DNA of 55,101 nt. It comes from a virus (lineage: Duplodnaviria > Caudoviricetes). This document shows positions 34,238-44,582 of this stretch, piece by piece; within the stretch, counting starts at the first letter, position 1; each line of letters starts with the position of its first letter. The translations under genes and the position numbers were made by a program. A model generated the notes under the pieces. That model had not been told where the DNA came from, ran no database searches, and saw only the letters and a list, made by a program, of their open reading frames with translations. The stretch lies in the IMG/VR virus record IMGVR_UViG_3300024265_000006, positions 1 to 55,101 of that record; one strand, given 5' to 3'.

Positions 34238-35799
34238 TAGCTAAACACCACGTTACCTAGTACGCCGATCTGGTTTGATGCGATGACAATATCGGCAGTG
34301 GGTGTGCTCAGATCAAAAGTTATGACCACATCGCCTGTCTCGGTGTCCACGGTGTTGAATATCGCGGACCGGTACGCATCCTCATCTATATTAACGCCGA
34401 CGGAAGTGTTCTCCGCATAGAATGCTTTTAGATTATTTACGATGGCAGCCTGCATTGTTGAAGTGTTTGGCGTCAACGAGCTGAACGTAAAGTCGGTGAT
34501 CACAGCCACCGGAGCCAAAACAAACAGGTCGTTATCCTCGTCAGTATTAGCTGGCAGTATTTCTTCTATTTTAGTCTTGACTGTTGCAACTTCGGAGCCA
34601 GACGGGATCGGATTAATGTCGTTATCTCGCATGAAGAAAACGCGCACCTGACCTATTGCCACGGTAACGGTTGAACTTATTGTGCCGGTCGCGGGACTAA
34701 CAGGTGTGTTTGGTACGATATAGTGAAATATCGTTGTACTCTCTGACAGTATCGGCGCATCAATTACATTATAATCTGCTTGGTTAGCGCCAGTGATCGT
34801 CACGGTTTGACCGCTCTGGAAATCTGCTGCGGCTGTTAATGTTACTGTTGCGACGTTGCCCAATCGAGTGATTGATGTTATCGCAGCTGTTCCTATAGTG
34901 AACCCTGCGGACTGAACGAATACCCGAGTGACGCCAGCAACCTCCTTCGCTTTGTCGCTTATATCCGAGGCATTGAAGTGTGCGACCGGATTTTGTATTC
35001 GGTCCAACATTCTGAGGCGCAGCGATGCATCTGTTTCCTGATCAGTGCCACCGCCTATAGCACCGAAATCCACCGTTAGCGTGTCATCGACATTAACGAT
35101 AGGGCTCTGCAACGTTAGCTCTTCGCCCGCGTCAAGGTTTGTAGCCACTCCGAAAGCATCCGATTGAACTGGAACGCTCGCAGAAGTAAACGCGGCCAAT
35201 ATTGTTCCGGTTGCCGGGGTTGCTGGCGAACCAACAACCTGGTACTCGAAAGTATTGAGCCCTGTGACGGTTATGGCTGCAGCGGTCACGTTGTACTCAG
35301 TCTCATTAGCTCCCGAAATAGTTACTGGTACATTGTTGGCTAGGCCGTGATTACTCACAGTTGTGGCTGTTGCAGTTTGTCCAGATCGTACTATTCCCGA
35401 TAGGCTAATCGACTGGGCTGAAATAGTTGCGCTACTTATCGATGTATAGTTCCCGCCTGAAGTGGACATTACAGTACCGTTTGGAACAATTGCCGCCGCT
35501 GTTCCAGTTGCGACGACGCTGCCGACGGCCTGTGTTGCAGCTAACCGTTGTTTACCCCATATCGCTGCCCATCGTAATAGCTTACCACCTATTCCGGTGG
35601 TTGCGGTATCCGGCAAGTTCTCTTTGATAGCCGCTAGTAACTGCAGGTAAAAATCAAATATCCTGTTGGCAAAGGAAGTAATTAGCGCAGATAGCCAAGA
35701 GTTTTTTAAAAATGGGTTGCTTTCGGGGAGCTCTCGCTGAACGTCAGTCTTAGCCCTATTTTCAACCACCGCTGCGCTTTCTGGTATTTCTAAGCTCAT
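34237..35799 (-). CDS. Baseplate J-like protein (Mu gp47) with two inserted beta modules
   Basis: LPDTAT...RLAATQAVG...GGGTDQETDASLRLRML...VAGVTRVFV. Confidence 0.9.
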   Translation of the reverse strand: MSLEIPESAAVVENRAKTDVQRELPESNPFLKNSWLSALITSFANRIFDFYLQLLAAIKENLPDTATTGIGGKLLRWAAIWGKQRLAATQAVGSVVATGTAAAIVPNGTVMSTSGGNYTSISSATISAQSISLSGIVRSGQTATATTVSNHGLANNVPVTISGANETEYNVTAAAITVTGLNTFEYQVVGSPATPATGTILAAFTSASVPVQSDAFGVATNLDAGEELTLQSPIVNVDDTLTVDFGAIGGGTDQETDASLRLRMLDRIQNPVAHFNASDISDKAKEVAGVTRVFVQSAGFTIGTAAITSITRLGNVATVTLTAAADFQSGQTVTITGANQADYNVIDAPILSESTTIFHYIVPNTPVSPATGTISSTVTVAIGQVRVFFMRDNDINPIPSGSEVATVKTKIEEILPANTDEDNDLFVLAPVAVITDFTFSSLTPNTSTMQAAIVNNLKAFYAENTSVGVNIDEDAYRSAIFNTVDTETGDVVITFDLSTPTADIVIASNQIGVLGNVVFS

Positions 35800-36255
35800 C
35801 TATCTTAGCCCCGTATTATTCCACAAATCAAAGAAACGCCGTTCGACTTCTGACCGACTGCGACGTATAACAATTTCAAGACTCACTTTACCATTTTTTA
35901 CAGTTGCGATCACCTCATCTACCGAAACAGCAAAGCCGTCATCGACAAGCCATTGCAGTGCCTTCCTTGCTTCGTCCTCGATTCTGTTAAGGTTTGATCT
36001 AGTCACCCTCGCTTGCTCGAACAACCAAAGCTTAGATCCATTTTCAAAATCTTTACCCTCGCTTCCTATCCATCCACGGCGCAATTGAGGCTCAACGACT
36101 TCTGAAGGATCAGCTCTGCGCTCACCAAGTAGGCTATATAACAAACTCGTATCAAAAAAATCATCAGTTAAAAGATCTCCGTCCGTGTCGATGGATATAT
36201 CATATAACTGAGTTGTTGGATCTATTGTTAACACGGCGTCTGTATCACCAGCCAT
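35800..36255 (-). CDS. Mu gp46-like baseplate protein
   Basis: SLLGERRA...RGWIG...GSKLWL...ALQWLVDDG. Confidence 0.9.
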   Translation of the reverse strand: MAGDTDAVLTIDPTTQLYDISIDTDGDLLTDDFFDTSLLYSLLGERRADPSEVVEPQLRRGWIGSEGKDFENGSKLWLFEQARVTRSNLNRIEDEARKALQWLVDDGFAVSVDEVIATVKNGKVSLEIVIRRSRSEVERRFFDLWNNTGLR

Positions 36256-36887
36256 TACTGTGGAACTCCTGTATTTTGCTGCGTGTCACCATTTGAATCA
36301 ACACCCTGCGCGTGAGTGTGTGTGCTACCAACATTAACGCCAGAGTTTGTCATTGCACCACCAAATGTAGCGGCGGCTGTAACCTCGAAAGCTCCATTAA
36401 CTTTTGTTAGCGGTGAAGTAAATTCTATTATTGTGCTTGCTATTAAATCTATACTGTCGGTTGCTGTTACGGTAGAGGTAGCGGAGGTTACATTAACATC
36501 ACCAGAGGCAGTAATATTTGCATCTTTACATTTGATGTTAACATTAGCAGTGCCATTGCCTCCCGTTTCAATATCAAGATCGCCGGTTTTTCTCCAAATA
36601 ATAAAGGCGCCGGTAGGTGGGTGATAAAAAGCAGCCTCACCATTAGCTAGCGTTGGCCGGTTCTTTGGAGTCCATGCTATTGCAGCTCTATTGTCTGGGT
36701 TGCCTTGGACAGCAAGCATTAATGCCAACGCATCAGCCGGTACGTTGCCGTGTAGCCCGTAAGGGAACACGATTAGACCATCGGCAACCTTGCCTAGGTA
36801 TTCCATCTGCTGAGTAGCGAATTGCTCAGTATCAGATCCTGCCTTTGTAATTCTAGCCCATCGAATTAGGTTTTTTATAATACTCAT
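36255..36887 (-). CDS. Baseplate central spike, Mu gp45-like
   Basis: PYGL...RPTLANGEAAFY and a C-terminal THTH metal-binding apex motif. Confidence 0.88.
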   Translation of the reverse strand: MSIIKNLIRWARITKAGSDTEQFATQQMEYLGKVADGLIVFPYGLHGNVPADALALMLAVQGNPDNRAAIAWTPKNRPTLANGEAAFYHPPTGAFIIWRKTGDLDIETGGNGTANVNIKCKDANITASGDVNVTSATSTVTATDSIDLIASTIIEFTSPLTKVNGAFEVTAAATFGGAMTNSGVNVGSTHTHAQGVDSNGDTQQNTGVPQ

Positions 36888-37987
36888 ATCGGTAATATCA
36901 ACCCTGCTGTTTTGCTTGTCTGTGGCTTTTCTAAGTCTAAACTGTAAGCTTTTTGATCAACAAAAGATAGGGAGGTTAATTCACCTCCATCATTGTCAAG
37001 AGTAAAAGTAACTGAGTTACAAAGCATTGGCTCAGATTTGCCCAGGTAGTCATCGACAATCTGGTAAAGTTTATTTATCTGCCATAAGTCAGACAAAGGA
37101 TCCGTTCGGTCAACCTGATATCCAGGGACCGTAACCGAATAAACTAGCCCGCGAGCTTTTCTTATATTGGCTTCCCACTTAGCGCGAGATTCGTTCTGAT
37201 CATCTGAATTTGGAGCCTCGGCTATTAATATTAACTGCCGGCCTATTCGGACATTGGGATCGGTTACCCCTCCGTCCTGTCCCGCTACCGAATCGAGGCC
37301 AATGTCACCGGCTGAGTTCAGAGCGAAGGGGTTTAGTTGCGAGGCGAATCGATAAACATTATATCGCCCCGTTGTGTCAAAGGAAAATGAACTAGCAAGC
37401 ACGTTGTTATCTGATGCGCCGATAATGTGTTGTATGCTGCCCAGTGCTGTTTCTGCGGATCCGCTGGTTATGACAATGTCACCATCACCGTTTGAGGTTA
37501 ATAACACTTGACGCTTGCGGCTATACTTTTCGATAAAATCAAATGCATTATCAGCAGGCTCCGGCGCTGCGACATCTTGAGCCTTGCTAAATGGCTCTGT
37601 TGTTACTTCTTCAATAACCTTAATGTCAGCACCAATATTTGAAATTATTTTCTCAATGATTTCTTTTAACGTAATTGGAGCCCTAAGATCGGATATTTTA
37701 TCAATGTTGCTATCTAGCAGGTCACCAGTTTTATCGCGTCCTTGTGTTCTGATTGTATGCTCTGAGGCGTTATAGTTAACCTCCACTACCTCAATAAACC
37801 CGGTTAAAACAGGGGTGTTATTAACAATCACCCGGCAGGATTCACCGCCTTGAAAGGGTAAAGCCACTCCATCAGCAGCAACAGCCTCAAAGCTGAATGT
37901 ATTTGATAGCGCATCAAGGCGAATTTCACAACTAGCCGCCGTGAAATTATCGTATTGAACGCCATTTACCTCGAGAAGAATGGTCAT
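36884..37987 (-). CDS. Baseplate hub, Mu gpP (gp44)-like
   Basis: LTGFIE...GRDKTGDLLD...LWQINKL; synteny. Confidence 0.88.
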   Translation of the reverse strand: MTILLEVNGVQYDNFTAASCEIRLDALSNTFSFEAVAADGVALPFQGGESCRVIVNNTPVLTGFIEVVEVNYNASEHTIRTQGRDKTGDLLDSNIDKISDLRAPITLKEIIEKIISNIGADIKVIEEVTTEPFSKAQDVAAPEPADNAFDFIEKYSRKRQVLLTSNGDGDIVITSGSAETALGSIQHIIGASDNNVLASSFSFDTTGRYNVYRFASQLNPFALNSAGDIGLDSVAGQDGGVTDPNVRIGRQLILIAEAPNSDDQNESRAKWEANIRKARGLVYSVTVPGYQVDRTDPLSDLWQINKLYQIVDDYLGKSEPMLCNSVTFTLDNDGGELTSLSFVDQKAYSLDLEKPQTSKTAGLILPI

Positions 37988-39210
37988 GCTGTTACGATCT
38001 CCACGGTTCCATCGACAAATGAAACGTCGGTTATACCATTCAATTCAAGGATCTGTGTCGCGCTAGTCGATTCAGCGTAGTACTGATAACTCAATACTCT
38101 GGCCGGGGTGGTATAAACATTAACTTCGATGATTTGTTTGAGTGTGATTTTCTGATCATCAAAAAATTGCTGAACGATTACTCGCATGTCAGTGGCCGCA
38201 GCGATTACCTCATTAGACGACCCCGAAGTCATAACCAGCTGGAACTGAACTTCAAGATCGTCGGCTGCCTCTTCAACTTCGCGCACATTCTCAAATTGAA
38301 TTTGCGAAACGTTCACGTAAGCAAAACCAAGCGTTGATGCGTTAACAGCACCATTGAGCACTGCCCGATTTTGTATGCGTTGAATGCGGCCTGCGGTAGT
38401 TGGTAAAATATTGTCCTCGTCGCTGCCACCGAACCCGAATAAACCAGCGAAGGCTTTGGATGTATTCTCAGCCGTGCCAAATAGCCCATCTATATTAGAA
38501 AAGAGATTATTAATACTAGTCGCAAGCCCTGACGGGTCGGTAATCAGACTATTAACATCAGCTGATAGTTCACCAATAAAACTGTTAAACTCGTTAATCT
38601 CATCGGCTTCCGCACCAAGGAACGAAGTTGCTTTAACAGCCTCGTCAATTATCTCGTTTATTTTATCTGCAGCGTCTCCGAAATTATTAGTAAATTTAGT
38701 TAGTACTGCGAAATTATTAGTAATGTCCGCGTTAACTGCGGCGTTAACTGAGTTATTGGCTTGGGTTAACTGAGATAATGCCGCAATCGTCTGCCGGGGA
38801 ATACCAGCATCATTCGAAACTTCAAAAGTAACATTTAAACGAGATCGGCCAAAGTCGGTGAAATCTTCGTTTATACTAAATGTCGTAGCTTTCACATTCT
38901 CGATACGACCATACAACGGGTGAATTAATTCTCCGGTCCCTTTACTTTCAATGACAGCAAGAATTGAATCTCTGTACTCAAAATACCCCTGACGGGTATT
39001 GGTGATACCGCCAGAAGTAGTAGTTCTCGGCGCGATAACAATTTGCAGGTTATAAGTTCTAGGTTTTAGCCCTTGGTCTTCAACTGTTTGGGTATCTCGA
39101 TTTGGAAATTCGTGTTTAACTGTTTTACGACCACCAGTAACAGATCCCGAATCAATGCGAATCGGGACGCCTTTGAAAAACCCATCGATGATACGTGTTG
39201 AGTCTGCCAT
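37984..39210 (-). CDS. Mu gpN-like DNA circularisation/tail protein
   Basis: FKGVP...GGRKTVKHEFPNRD...VEDQG...GELIHPLYG. Confidence 0.9.
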   Translation of the reverse strand: MADSTRIIDGFFKGVPIRIDSGSVTGGRKTVKHEFPNRDTQTVEDQGLKPRTYNLQIVIAPRTTTSGGITNTRQGYFEYRDSILAVIESKGTGELIHPLYGRIENVKATTFSINEDFTDFGRSRLNVTFEVSNDAGIPRQTIAALSQLTQANNSVNAAVNADITNNFAVLTKFTNNFGDAADKINEIIDEAVKATSFLGAEADEINEFNSFIGELSADVNSLITDPSGLATSINNLFSNIDGLFGTAENTSKAFAGLFGFGGSDEDNILPTTAGRIQRIQNRAVLNGAVNASTLGFAYVNVSQIQFENVREVEEAADDLEVQFQLVMTSGSSNEVIAAATDMRVIVQQFFDDQKITLKQIIEVNVYTTPARVLSYQYYAESTSATQILELNGITDVSFVDGTVEIVTA

Positions 39211-40697
39211 TATCTTGATAACACCATGTTAACGCCCATATTCAAACCGGGACCGCCTGAAGACTTAGATTTAATCGATTCTACTATGCCTTGAGGGGCG
39301 CGTATGTTTATATTTACATCGGCTTGTGATTTTATAGTACCCGTGCCAACACCTTGAGCCGTTCCGCCCTTTTCACGCTCGAACACACCCAGGAACTTAC
39401 CACCAATTGAGAAGGCATCCGCAAAAGAAGTTCTTTGAGATCCAAAAATGTCAAGCGTAGCCACTGACGCGGCCAGCTCACCTATTGCAGTCCCAACTCC
39501 TTTAAGTAGTGCTAGTGGTATCTTTATGGCATCACCTAGAATTCCAAGCACTTCAACAACGGCAGAAAGCGAGTCCCCTAAAGCGTCAATTTGTGAGGAA
39601 TCTATCGTATCGAAAAACTTACCAAGGTTAGTTACCTGCCTTGTTAGTACGGGTTCCAGCCTAAGGAATGTTCTAATAACAATATCGTTAAGAGATATCC
39701 CTAACCTTCTAATTTTGGTATTGAACGTGCTTAGTCGTTTTTCTGCTTGTTCAGATGCTATATTTGTGCCGGTTAATTCTTTTGTCCACTGCTTGATTAG
39801 CGGGATGTTGCTACGGAGTATTAAAATAGATCTTAAATTTTCCTCTCCGAACTCTTTAATAATTTGCGTGTTGGACAAACCAAGCTTTTCGATTATCTCA
39901 AGGCTTTTAATTATGCCTATTTTTGATGGGGCTAATTGGCCGCCAGCTATCTTTTCAAGTTTTGATAAAGTACCTCGTAATGCGGTGCCGGCTTCAGCTG
40001 CTTTTAATTCTGATTTAGCAAAAACTTGAATAATGGCATTTGTTTGCTCAAAGGTCAGGCCGAACTGAGAGGCAACAGTACCTGCGTTCTTTAATGCCTC
40101 GGCTGTTTCTGCCACTTGAGACGCGCCAACTTTAGCACCAGCAGCAATGACGTTAACAAACCTCTCTGCTTCTTCGGCTCCTTTACCGAATTGATTTAAT
40201 GCACCAACGGACGCCCTAACCGCATCAGGAACGGATATGCCAGCAGCATTTGCTAATAGAAGTGCTTGCTCAGTAACAATAGACAAGCCTTTTGGATCTT
40301 TAAGTAATTCAGATTTTGCCGATGCTATCGCGGTGAATGCGTTGGCCACATCAACCTGAGCTATGGCGGCGGACTTAGCGAGCCGCAAGGACTCGTCACT
40401 GAGAAACTTTAGATTTTCACCAGCCTCGCCGGTAATTGATGACAGGTCAGCTATTGCATCTTGGAAGGCGGCACCGCGGGTTAAGAACTCACGAATTCCG
40501 AACCCGGCAATGACGGCCCCAAGTGCATTTTTAGCCACATTCTTAAGGTTGCTAAAACTGCCAGATAATTTTTTATTGATAGTCCGCGCGGCTTTATCTG
40601 CGTTTTTATCAATGCCTTTCATCTGGCGAGCAATCGTTTTAGCCTGCTTTGAAAAGCTATCTTGCAACTTGATAATATAAGAAACTTTATTACCCAT
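39210..40697 (-). CDS. Tail tape measure protein (short, 495 aa)
   Basis: Ala/Gly-rich helical TP901-like core (AGTALRG); located after the chaperones. Confidence 0.9.
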   Translation of the reverse strand: MGNKVSYIIKLQDSFSKQAKTIARQMKGIDKNADKAARTINKKLSGSFSNLKNVAKNALGAVIAGFGIREFLTRGAAFQDAIADLSSITGEAGENLKFLSDESLRLAKSAAIAQVDVANAFTAIASAKSELLKDPKGLSIVTEQALLLANAAGISVPDAVRASVGALNQFGKGAEEAERFVNVIAAGAKVGASQVAETAEALKNAGTVASQFGLTFEQTNAIIQVFAKSELKAAEAGTALRGTLSKLEKIAGGQLAPSKIGIIKSLEIIEKLGLSNTQIIKEFGEENLRSILILRSNIPLIKQWTKELTGTNIASEQAEKRLSTFNTKIRRLGISLNDIVIRTFLRLEPVLTRQVTNLGKFFDTIDSSQIDALGDSLSAVVEVLGILGDAIKIPLALLKGVGTAIGELAASVATLDIFGSQRTSFADAFSIGGKFLGVFEREKGGTAQGVGTGTIKSQADVNINIRAPQGIVESIKSKSSGGPGLNMGVNMVLSR

Positions 40698-40902
40698 TGG
40701 ATTCCTCTGATGCTATGGAGTTAACCTGATTGATCGTTGCATACAGTTCAGACAGCGATACCGATTCCATCCATTGAATTGTATATGCGCCGTTGGTAAA
40801 TCTGCCAAGCTGAATGCAATTTCTAATCAGTTCGGCATCACTAACGGGCCTAACGCCGTTGGCACTTTTTGTAAGTGTGCGACTTAGGCTAGTGTAAAAT
40901 TT
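40690..40902 (-). CDS. Tail chaperone -1 frameshift extension (gpGT-like)
   Basis: Slippery heptamer A AAT TTT at 40902-40896; the -1 frame is open (YTSLSRTLTKSANGVRPVSDAELIRNCIQLGRF...) to a TAA overlapping the TMP start. Confidence 0.75.
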   Translation of the reverse strand, partial: KFYTSLSRTLTKSANGVRPVSDAELIRNCIQLGRFTNGAYTIQWMESVSLSELYATINQVNSIASEESNG

Positions 40903-41312
40903 GCAATGTATTCACCAACCATGTTTTCAAAATCATCTGGGCTCATCTTTTCCATTAATGGAGTGGTAAGTTTTTGCTCACCATCTACAAGGGCCACGTT
41001 TTCTTTTAGTAAAGCTCTGGCTTGCGCCCATACAACATTAGCTTCAACGCAAGCGCTGCCATAGATTGTTGCAATAATCATACTTGATGTTATTTGTTCA
41101 TCTTCTTTTGAATCTTCTGATTCATCGTCGCCTGAATCTTTAACAGCCTCTCTAACTATTCTGATAATTGACTGCTTAAGATCGGCAGCTTGTGAATGTT
41201 GTTTCATTGTTGGGGCAGTTAATGTAATAAATGCAGCATCTCGATTGTCACCTTTAAACGCATATTCAAACGGACTTTTTAGCTCATAAGTTATTTCTGT
41301 GACTTCTTTCAT
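40884..41312 (-). CDS. Tail assembly chaperone (gpG-like)
   Basis: Between tube and TMP; GAGG RBS before MKEVTE. Confidence 0.8.
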   Translation of the reverse strand: MKEVTEITYELKSPFEYAFKGDNRDAAFITLTAPTMKQHSQAADLKQSIIRIVREAVKDSGDDESEDSKEDEQITSSMIIATIYGSACVEANVVWAQARALLKENVALVDGEQKLTTPLMEKMSPDDFENMVGEYIANFTLA

Positions 41313-41354
41313 TTTTTTGGCCTCGATAGAAAGTTGGGGCATAAGCCCCGTTAA

Positions 41355-41744
41355 TTATTGTGCGGGGTTGCTGCGGAATTCTATTTCAATATTACCATCT
41401 GTAGAAGCGTTAGACTCTGGATCGTCAAGTATCGAAGCCTGAGTAAAAATTTTGGTAAAAGTAGAGCCTGTAGGCCCAACTAACTCTACTACATTATTAT
41501 TTTTATTGACTTTCCAGTCGCGTTTGTTTTTTTCGTTATCTTCGGTTGTTGGCATGGAGAATTTAACCATACCAAACTTTGTAGCTAGATCTTCTGAAAA
41601 AATCTGTTCAGTTTGGCCACCTCCGACCACAGCGTTGCGAACGCTGTACTCTCCAAACCCATCCTTCCATGATAGGGAGTCTGATGTATATCCTACAATG
41701 ACATTATTAATTAGAATGGCGATGTTATTTATTTGGTTTGACAT
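41355..41744 (-). CDS. Tail tube protein
   Basis: 129-aa beta-rich ORF immediately after the sheath. Confidence 0.8.
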   Translation of the reverse strand: MSNQINNIAILINNVIVGYTSDSLSWKDGFGEYSVRNAVVGGGQTEQIFSEDLATKFGMVKFSMPTTEDNEKNKRDWKVNKNNNVVELVGPTGSTFTKIFTQASILDDPESNASTDGNIEIEFRSNPAQ

Positions 41745-41761
41745 TATATGCCCCCTATTAA

Positions 41762-43318
41762 TTATGAAGTTGTTGAGAAGCTAATTTTCATCGTGCTAGC
41801 AATCTCGCGGATCTGAGTCACAAGAGGCACAATCATTTGGATTGTTACCTTTCCTAACGCCTTATCGATTGTTATAACTACATTATCGTTAAAGAAGTTT
41901 AGTGCATCTTCACCAGATTCTAGCAATACAAAATCTGGACCGCTTAGCTCTTGATACAAGCGCTTAAGGAATGATCTGATAACTTGCTCGTTCGCCATGT
42001 CCCGACCTTTGATAACATCACCTTCCGTTAGGCGTGATTGAGCAAAGCGAGATCGCAGATTGTTAAAGAAAAACTCTCGCGCCTGACTTGAGGTATCAAC
42101 GAAATTCAAGAACCCAAATGTTATGTCTGGATTGCCGGCAACATCAGTTTTATAGGTAGTTACAAACTCACCTGAAATAACCGTGTTATTAGCGATGTCG
42201 TTACCGATAACCGTAATGCCATCATCTTTTAGATCTTTAATTTCCGAGTCGTCAAAGCCGCGACCTGTTTGCATTGGAACGAGTTCAGCAAATGGCGTAT
42301 TGAAATACGGCTTAGATGCCAGTGCCGGACCGCCAAAGCTATCAAGAGGCCCGTTTGCTGTAATAACCAAGTCGGCAACACTGAATCCGTCAGTATCTAG
42401 CCGTAAACCTCGGAATCCTGCCCACTGTGAAGCGGTAACCATCGAAATCTCAACAATAGATGGGCCTGAATAATTGGTTTCGGTTTCTAGTTGATCACCG
42501 ATAATCACCAGGCTTTGGCTGTTCAATGCGGCACCAAGTACTTTAAGGTTTGATACCGTATCAGCCAAGGCAGTAAAGCCAACACCATCTAAAACCTTGC
42601 CGTCAGCGTTAAGTCGAGGATCAAGTAAAGATCTTAGTTCGGCAGTATCGTTAGGGTATGGCCAAACAATTGCTTGGTATCGCTTATCGCCTATTACATC
42701 AAATACAGCAGTTAAGGTCGGATCGGTTGCGCCGGATGCCATGCCTGTAACTGTGGTTGATATTCCTGCCACTGTCCCGCGTACTTCAAGCGGGATGCTA
42801 TTACCATATGTGCCGGCGTTGATTGCTGTCATCGTCACAGTGCCGGTAACATTAGCCGCAGTAACCGGAACGTCGAGATTGGCATTAACTGCCGCTTCGA
42901 TTGCCGCACCGACCGCTGTGGCCGTGTCAGTATCCGCAACTGCAACGCTGAATTTAAAGTTTCGTTCTGACCCGGCAATGACCGTTAGAGTTCCCGCTTC
43001 GGTAGCAGTGCCAGTAACCGCAATGGTGCCGGTAGCATCGACGCCTGAGCCGTTGTCATCCAGCGCTATCGCATCAACTTGTATCTGCTGGTTACGGACT
43101 TTGTTAGCTCGAATCATCGTTGCTAGCATGCCGTCACGACCAAATAGTGCGTCTTCTGCGCCGCCATTGGCGATAGATTCAACCAGTGCACCAGCAGTGG
43201 CAGAGCCAGCGGCAGTCTTTTGACCAACGAATAGGATTTTTTGTGCGGTATTGCCTACAGTTGCCGAGGCGTTAACGATATTTACCGTGACCTTTGGCTG
43301 GCGAATAGTGGTAGTCAT
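41762..43318 (-). CDS. Contractile tail sheath protein, Mu gpL-like
   Basis: ILFVGQK...LFGRDGMLA.M...ATGTI.VTGTATEAGTL...GATDP...TTYKTD. Confidence 0.92.
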   Translation of the reverse strand: MTTTIRQPKVTVNIVNASATVGNTAQKILFVGQKTAAGSATAGALVESIANGGAEDALFGRDGMLATMIRANKVRNQQIQVDAIALDDNGSGVDATGTIAVTGTATEAGTLTVIAGSERNFKFSVAVADTDTATAVGAAIEAAVNANLDVPVTAANVTGTVTMTAINAGTYGNSIPLEVRGTVAGISTTVTGMASGATDPTLTAVFDVIGDKRYQAIVWPYPNDTAELRSLLDPRLNADGKVLDGVGFTALADTVSNLKVLGAALNSQSLVIIGDQLETETNYSGPSIVEISMVTASQWAGFRGLRLDTDGFSVADLVITANGPLDSFGGPALASKPYFNTPFAELVPMQTGRGFDDSEIKDLKDDGITVIGNDIANNTVISGEFVTTYKTDVAGNPDITFGFLNFVDTSSQAREFFFNNLRSRFAQSRLTEGDVIKGRDMANEQVIRSFLKRLYQELSGPDFVLLESGEDALNFFNDNVVITIDKALGKVTIQMIVPLVTQIREIASTMKISFSTTS

Positions 43319-43497
43319 TTAGTTTTCTCCTGTTTTGACTTGGAGGCTTTAACCACCTCGACGCAATTATCAATCTTGGCATCCTTAAGACGGCGGCGCC
43401 AGAACTTCTCTAATGGTACTCCACAACTGTCTGTCTGTATAGTTACGGTATGTCCCGCTTCATATCCAGCCATGGGCTGATTTAATTTTAGTCTCAT
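43315..43497 (-). CDS. Small pre-sheath protein, DUF2635/Mu gp38-like
   Basis: GVPLEKFWRRRLKD. Confidence 0.75.
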   Translation of the reverse strand: MRLKLNQPMAGYEAGHTVTIQTDSCGVPLEKFWRRRLKDAKIDNCVEVVKASKSKQEKTK

Positions 43498-44582
43498 AAT
43501 GGTTGATCGTCCAAATCAATGTCAGTGTTAATCAAACCAGTGCCCACATCGTGAGCCTGATTCATCGTAATGTCTCTAAAGGCTACGTCTTCGTCAGCGC
43601 CAATTGTATCATCAATGCCCATTAATAACTGCATTTCAAATGTGTATCGGTGGATGTAGAAAGCGGTGTTGTACCCGTGTAGCCCGTGCTCATTAAACAT
43701 TAGGGCGTTATATTTTCCGCTTGCTAGTAAGCTGTCGAACTTTGCAAACAAGATACTTTGGCATATGGGCCTAAATAACTCCTGGGCTCGGTCCATTGCC
43801 TTGCGGCCCGATATTTGGCCTGATGTTGGGATAAACACAAATAGGCTCACGGTCTGCGCTAAAAATTGCTTGAAGTGGTTTGTGCGCTGAATGTTATCCG
43901 TTCCGTCAATTTCTAAGGTCCGGCTTTTATTGGCAACAGCATCATTAATTACAACGTATAACCACGCATCATCGGTGGCTTGCTTGGTGTATGATTCTAG
44001 GGCTCGTTCGTCGGTCGCCGCGCCTGATATTCTTGGCTGAGTCTTTGCGGTTATCGTTCCTGATGCCGGGGTAAACAATGTGCTATCGGTGATCTCATAT
44101 TCAAATGTTGTTGTTGTTGGTACAGCCGTGACCTTTTGAAGCCCGTTATAACTTTGCAAAGGGCTTGAGCCGTTTAATAACAAAGACGAGCCGGTTGAGC
44201 TTATTGGGCCACTATCGGCTATCTTGAATGTTATCGTGCGACGGTTTTTAACTTTTAAAAGCGTGAACGTCCCGTTAAATTCTGACTCGGTTGCTCCGCT
44301 AATTTCAACGGTAGTAAACGCGCCCTCGGTCATGTCGTGATCGGCACCAGTGACTAATGTAGCAACAATGCCAACCCTATCAATGCTGGTAATAGATATC
44401 GGCGTTTGAGCACCAACAACGTTAACTGATTTACCAACGGTTAAACCGTGCGCCGTGGTAGTGGTTGCGGTAACAGTGGTCCCGCTGCGAGTCAATGAGC
44501 TGACAGAAAACGAAGTCGTAAAATCGTCTACCAGTGCAGGTAACTTAGCGGATAATTGTAAAATAAAATCCTTTGCTCGCAT
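43494..44582 (-). CDS. Tail terminator/completion protein with nested beta-module insertion
   Basis: Synteny between the gp10-like gene and the sheath; C-terminal VAFRDI; ~155-aa Thr-rich insertion near the N-terminus. Confidence 0.7.
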   Translation of the reverse strand: MRAKDFILQLSAKLPALVDDFTTSFSVSSLTRSGTTVTATTTTAHGLTVGKSVNVVGAQTPISITSIDRVGIVATLVTGADHDMTEGAFTTVEISGATESEFNGTFTLLKVKNRRTITFKIADSGPISSTGSSLLLNGSSPLQSYNGLQKVTAVPTTTTFEYEITDSTLFTPASGTITAKTQPRISGAATDERALESYTKQATDDAWLYVVINDAVANKSRTLEIDGTDNIQRTNHFKQFLAQTVSLFVFIPTSGQISGRKAMDRAQELFRPICQSILFAKFDSLLASGKYNALMFNEHGLHGYNTAFYIHRYTFEMQLLMGIDDTIGADEDVAFRDITMNQAHDVGTGLINTDIDLDDQPL

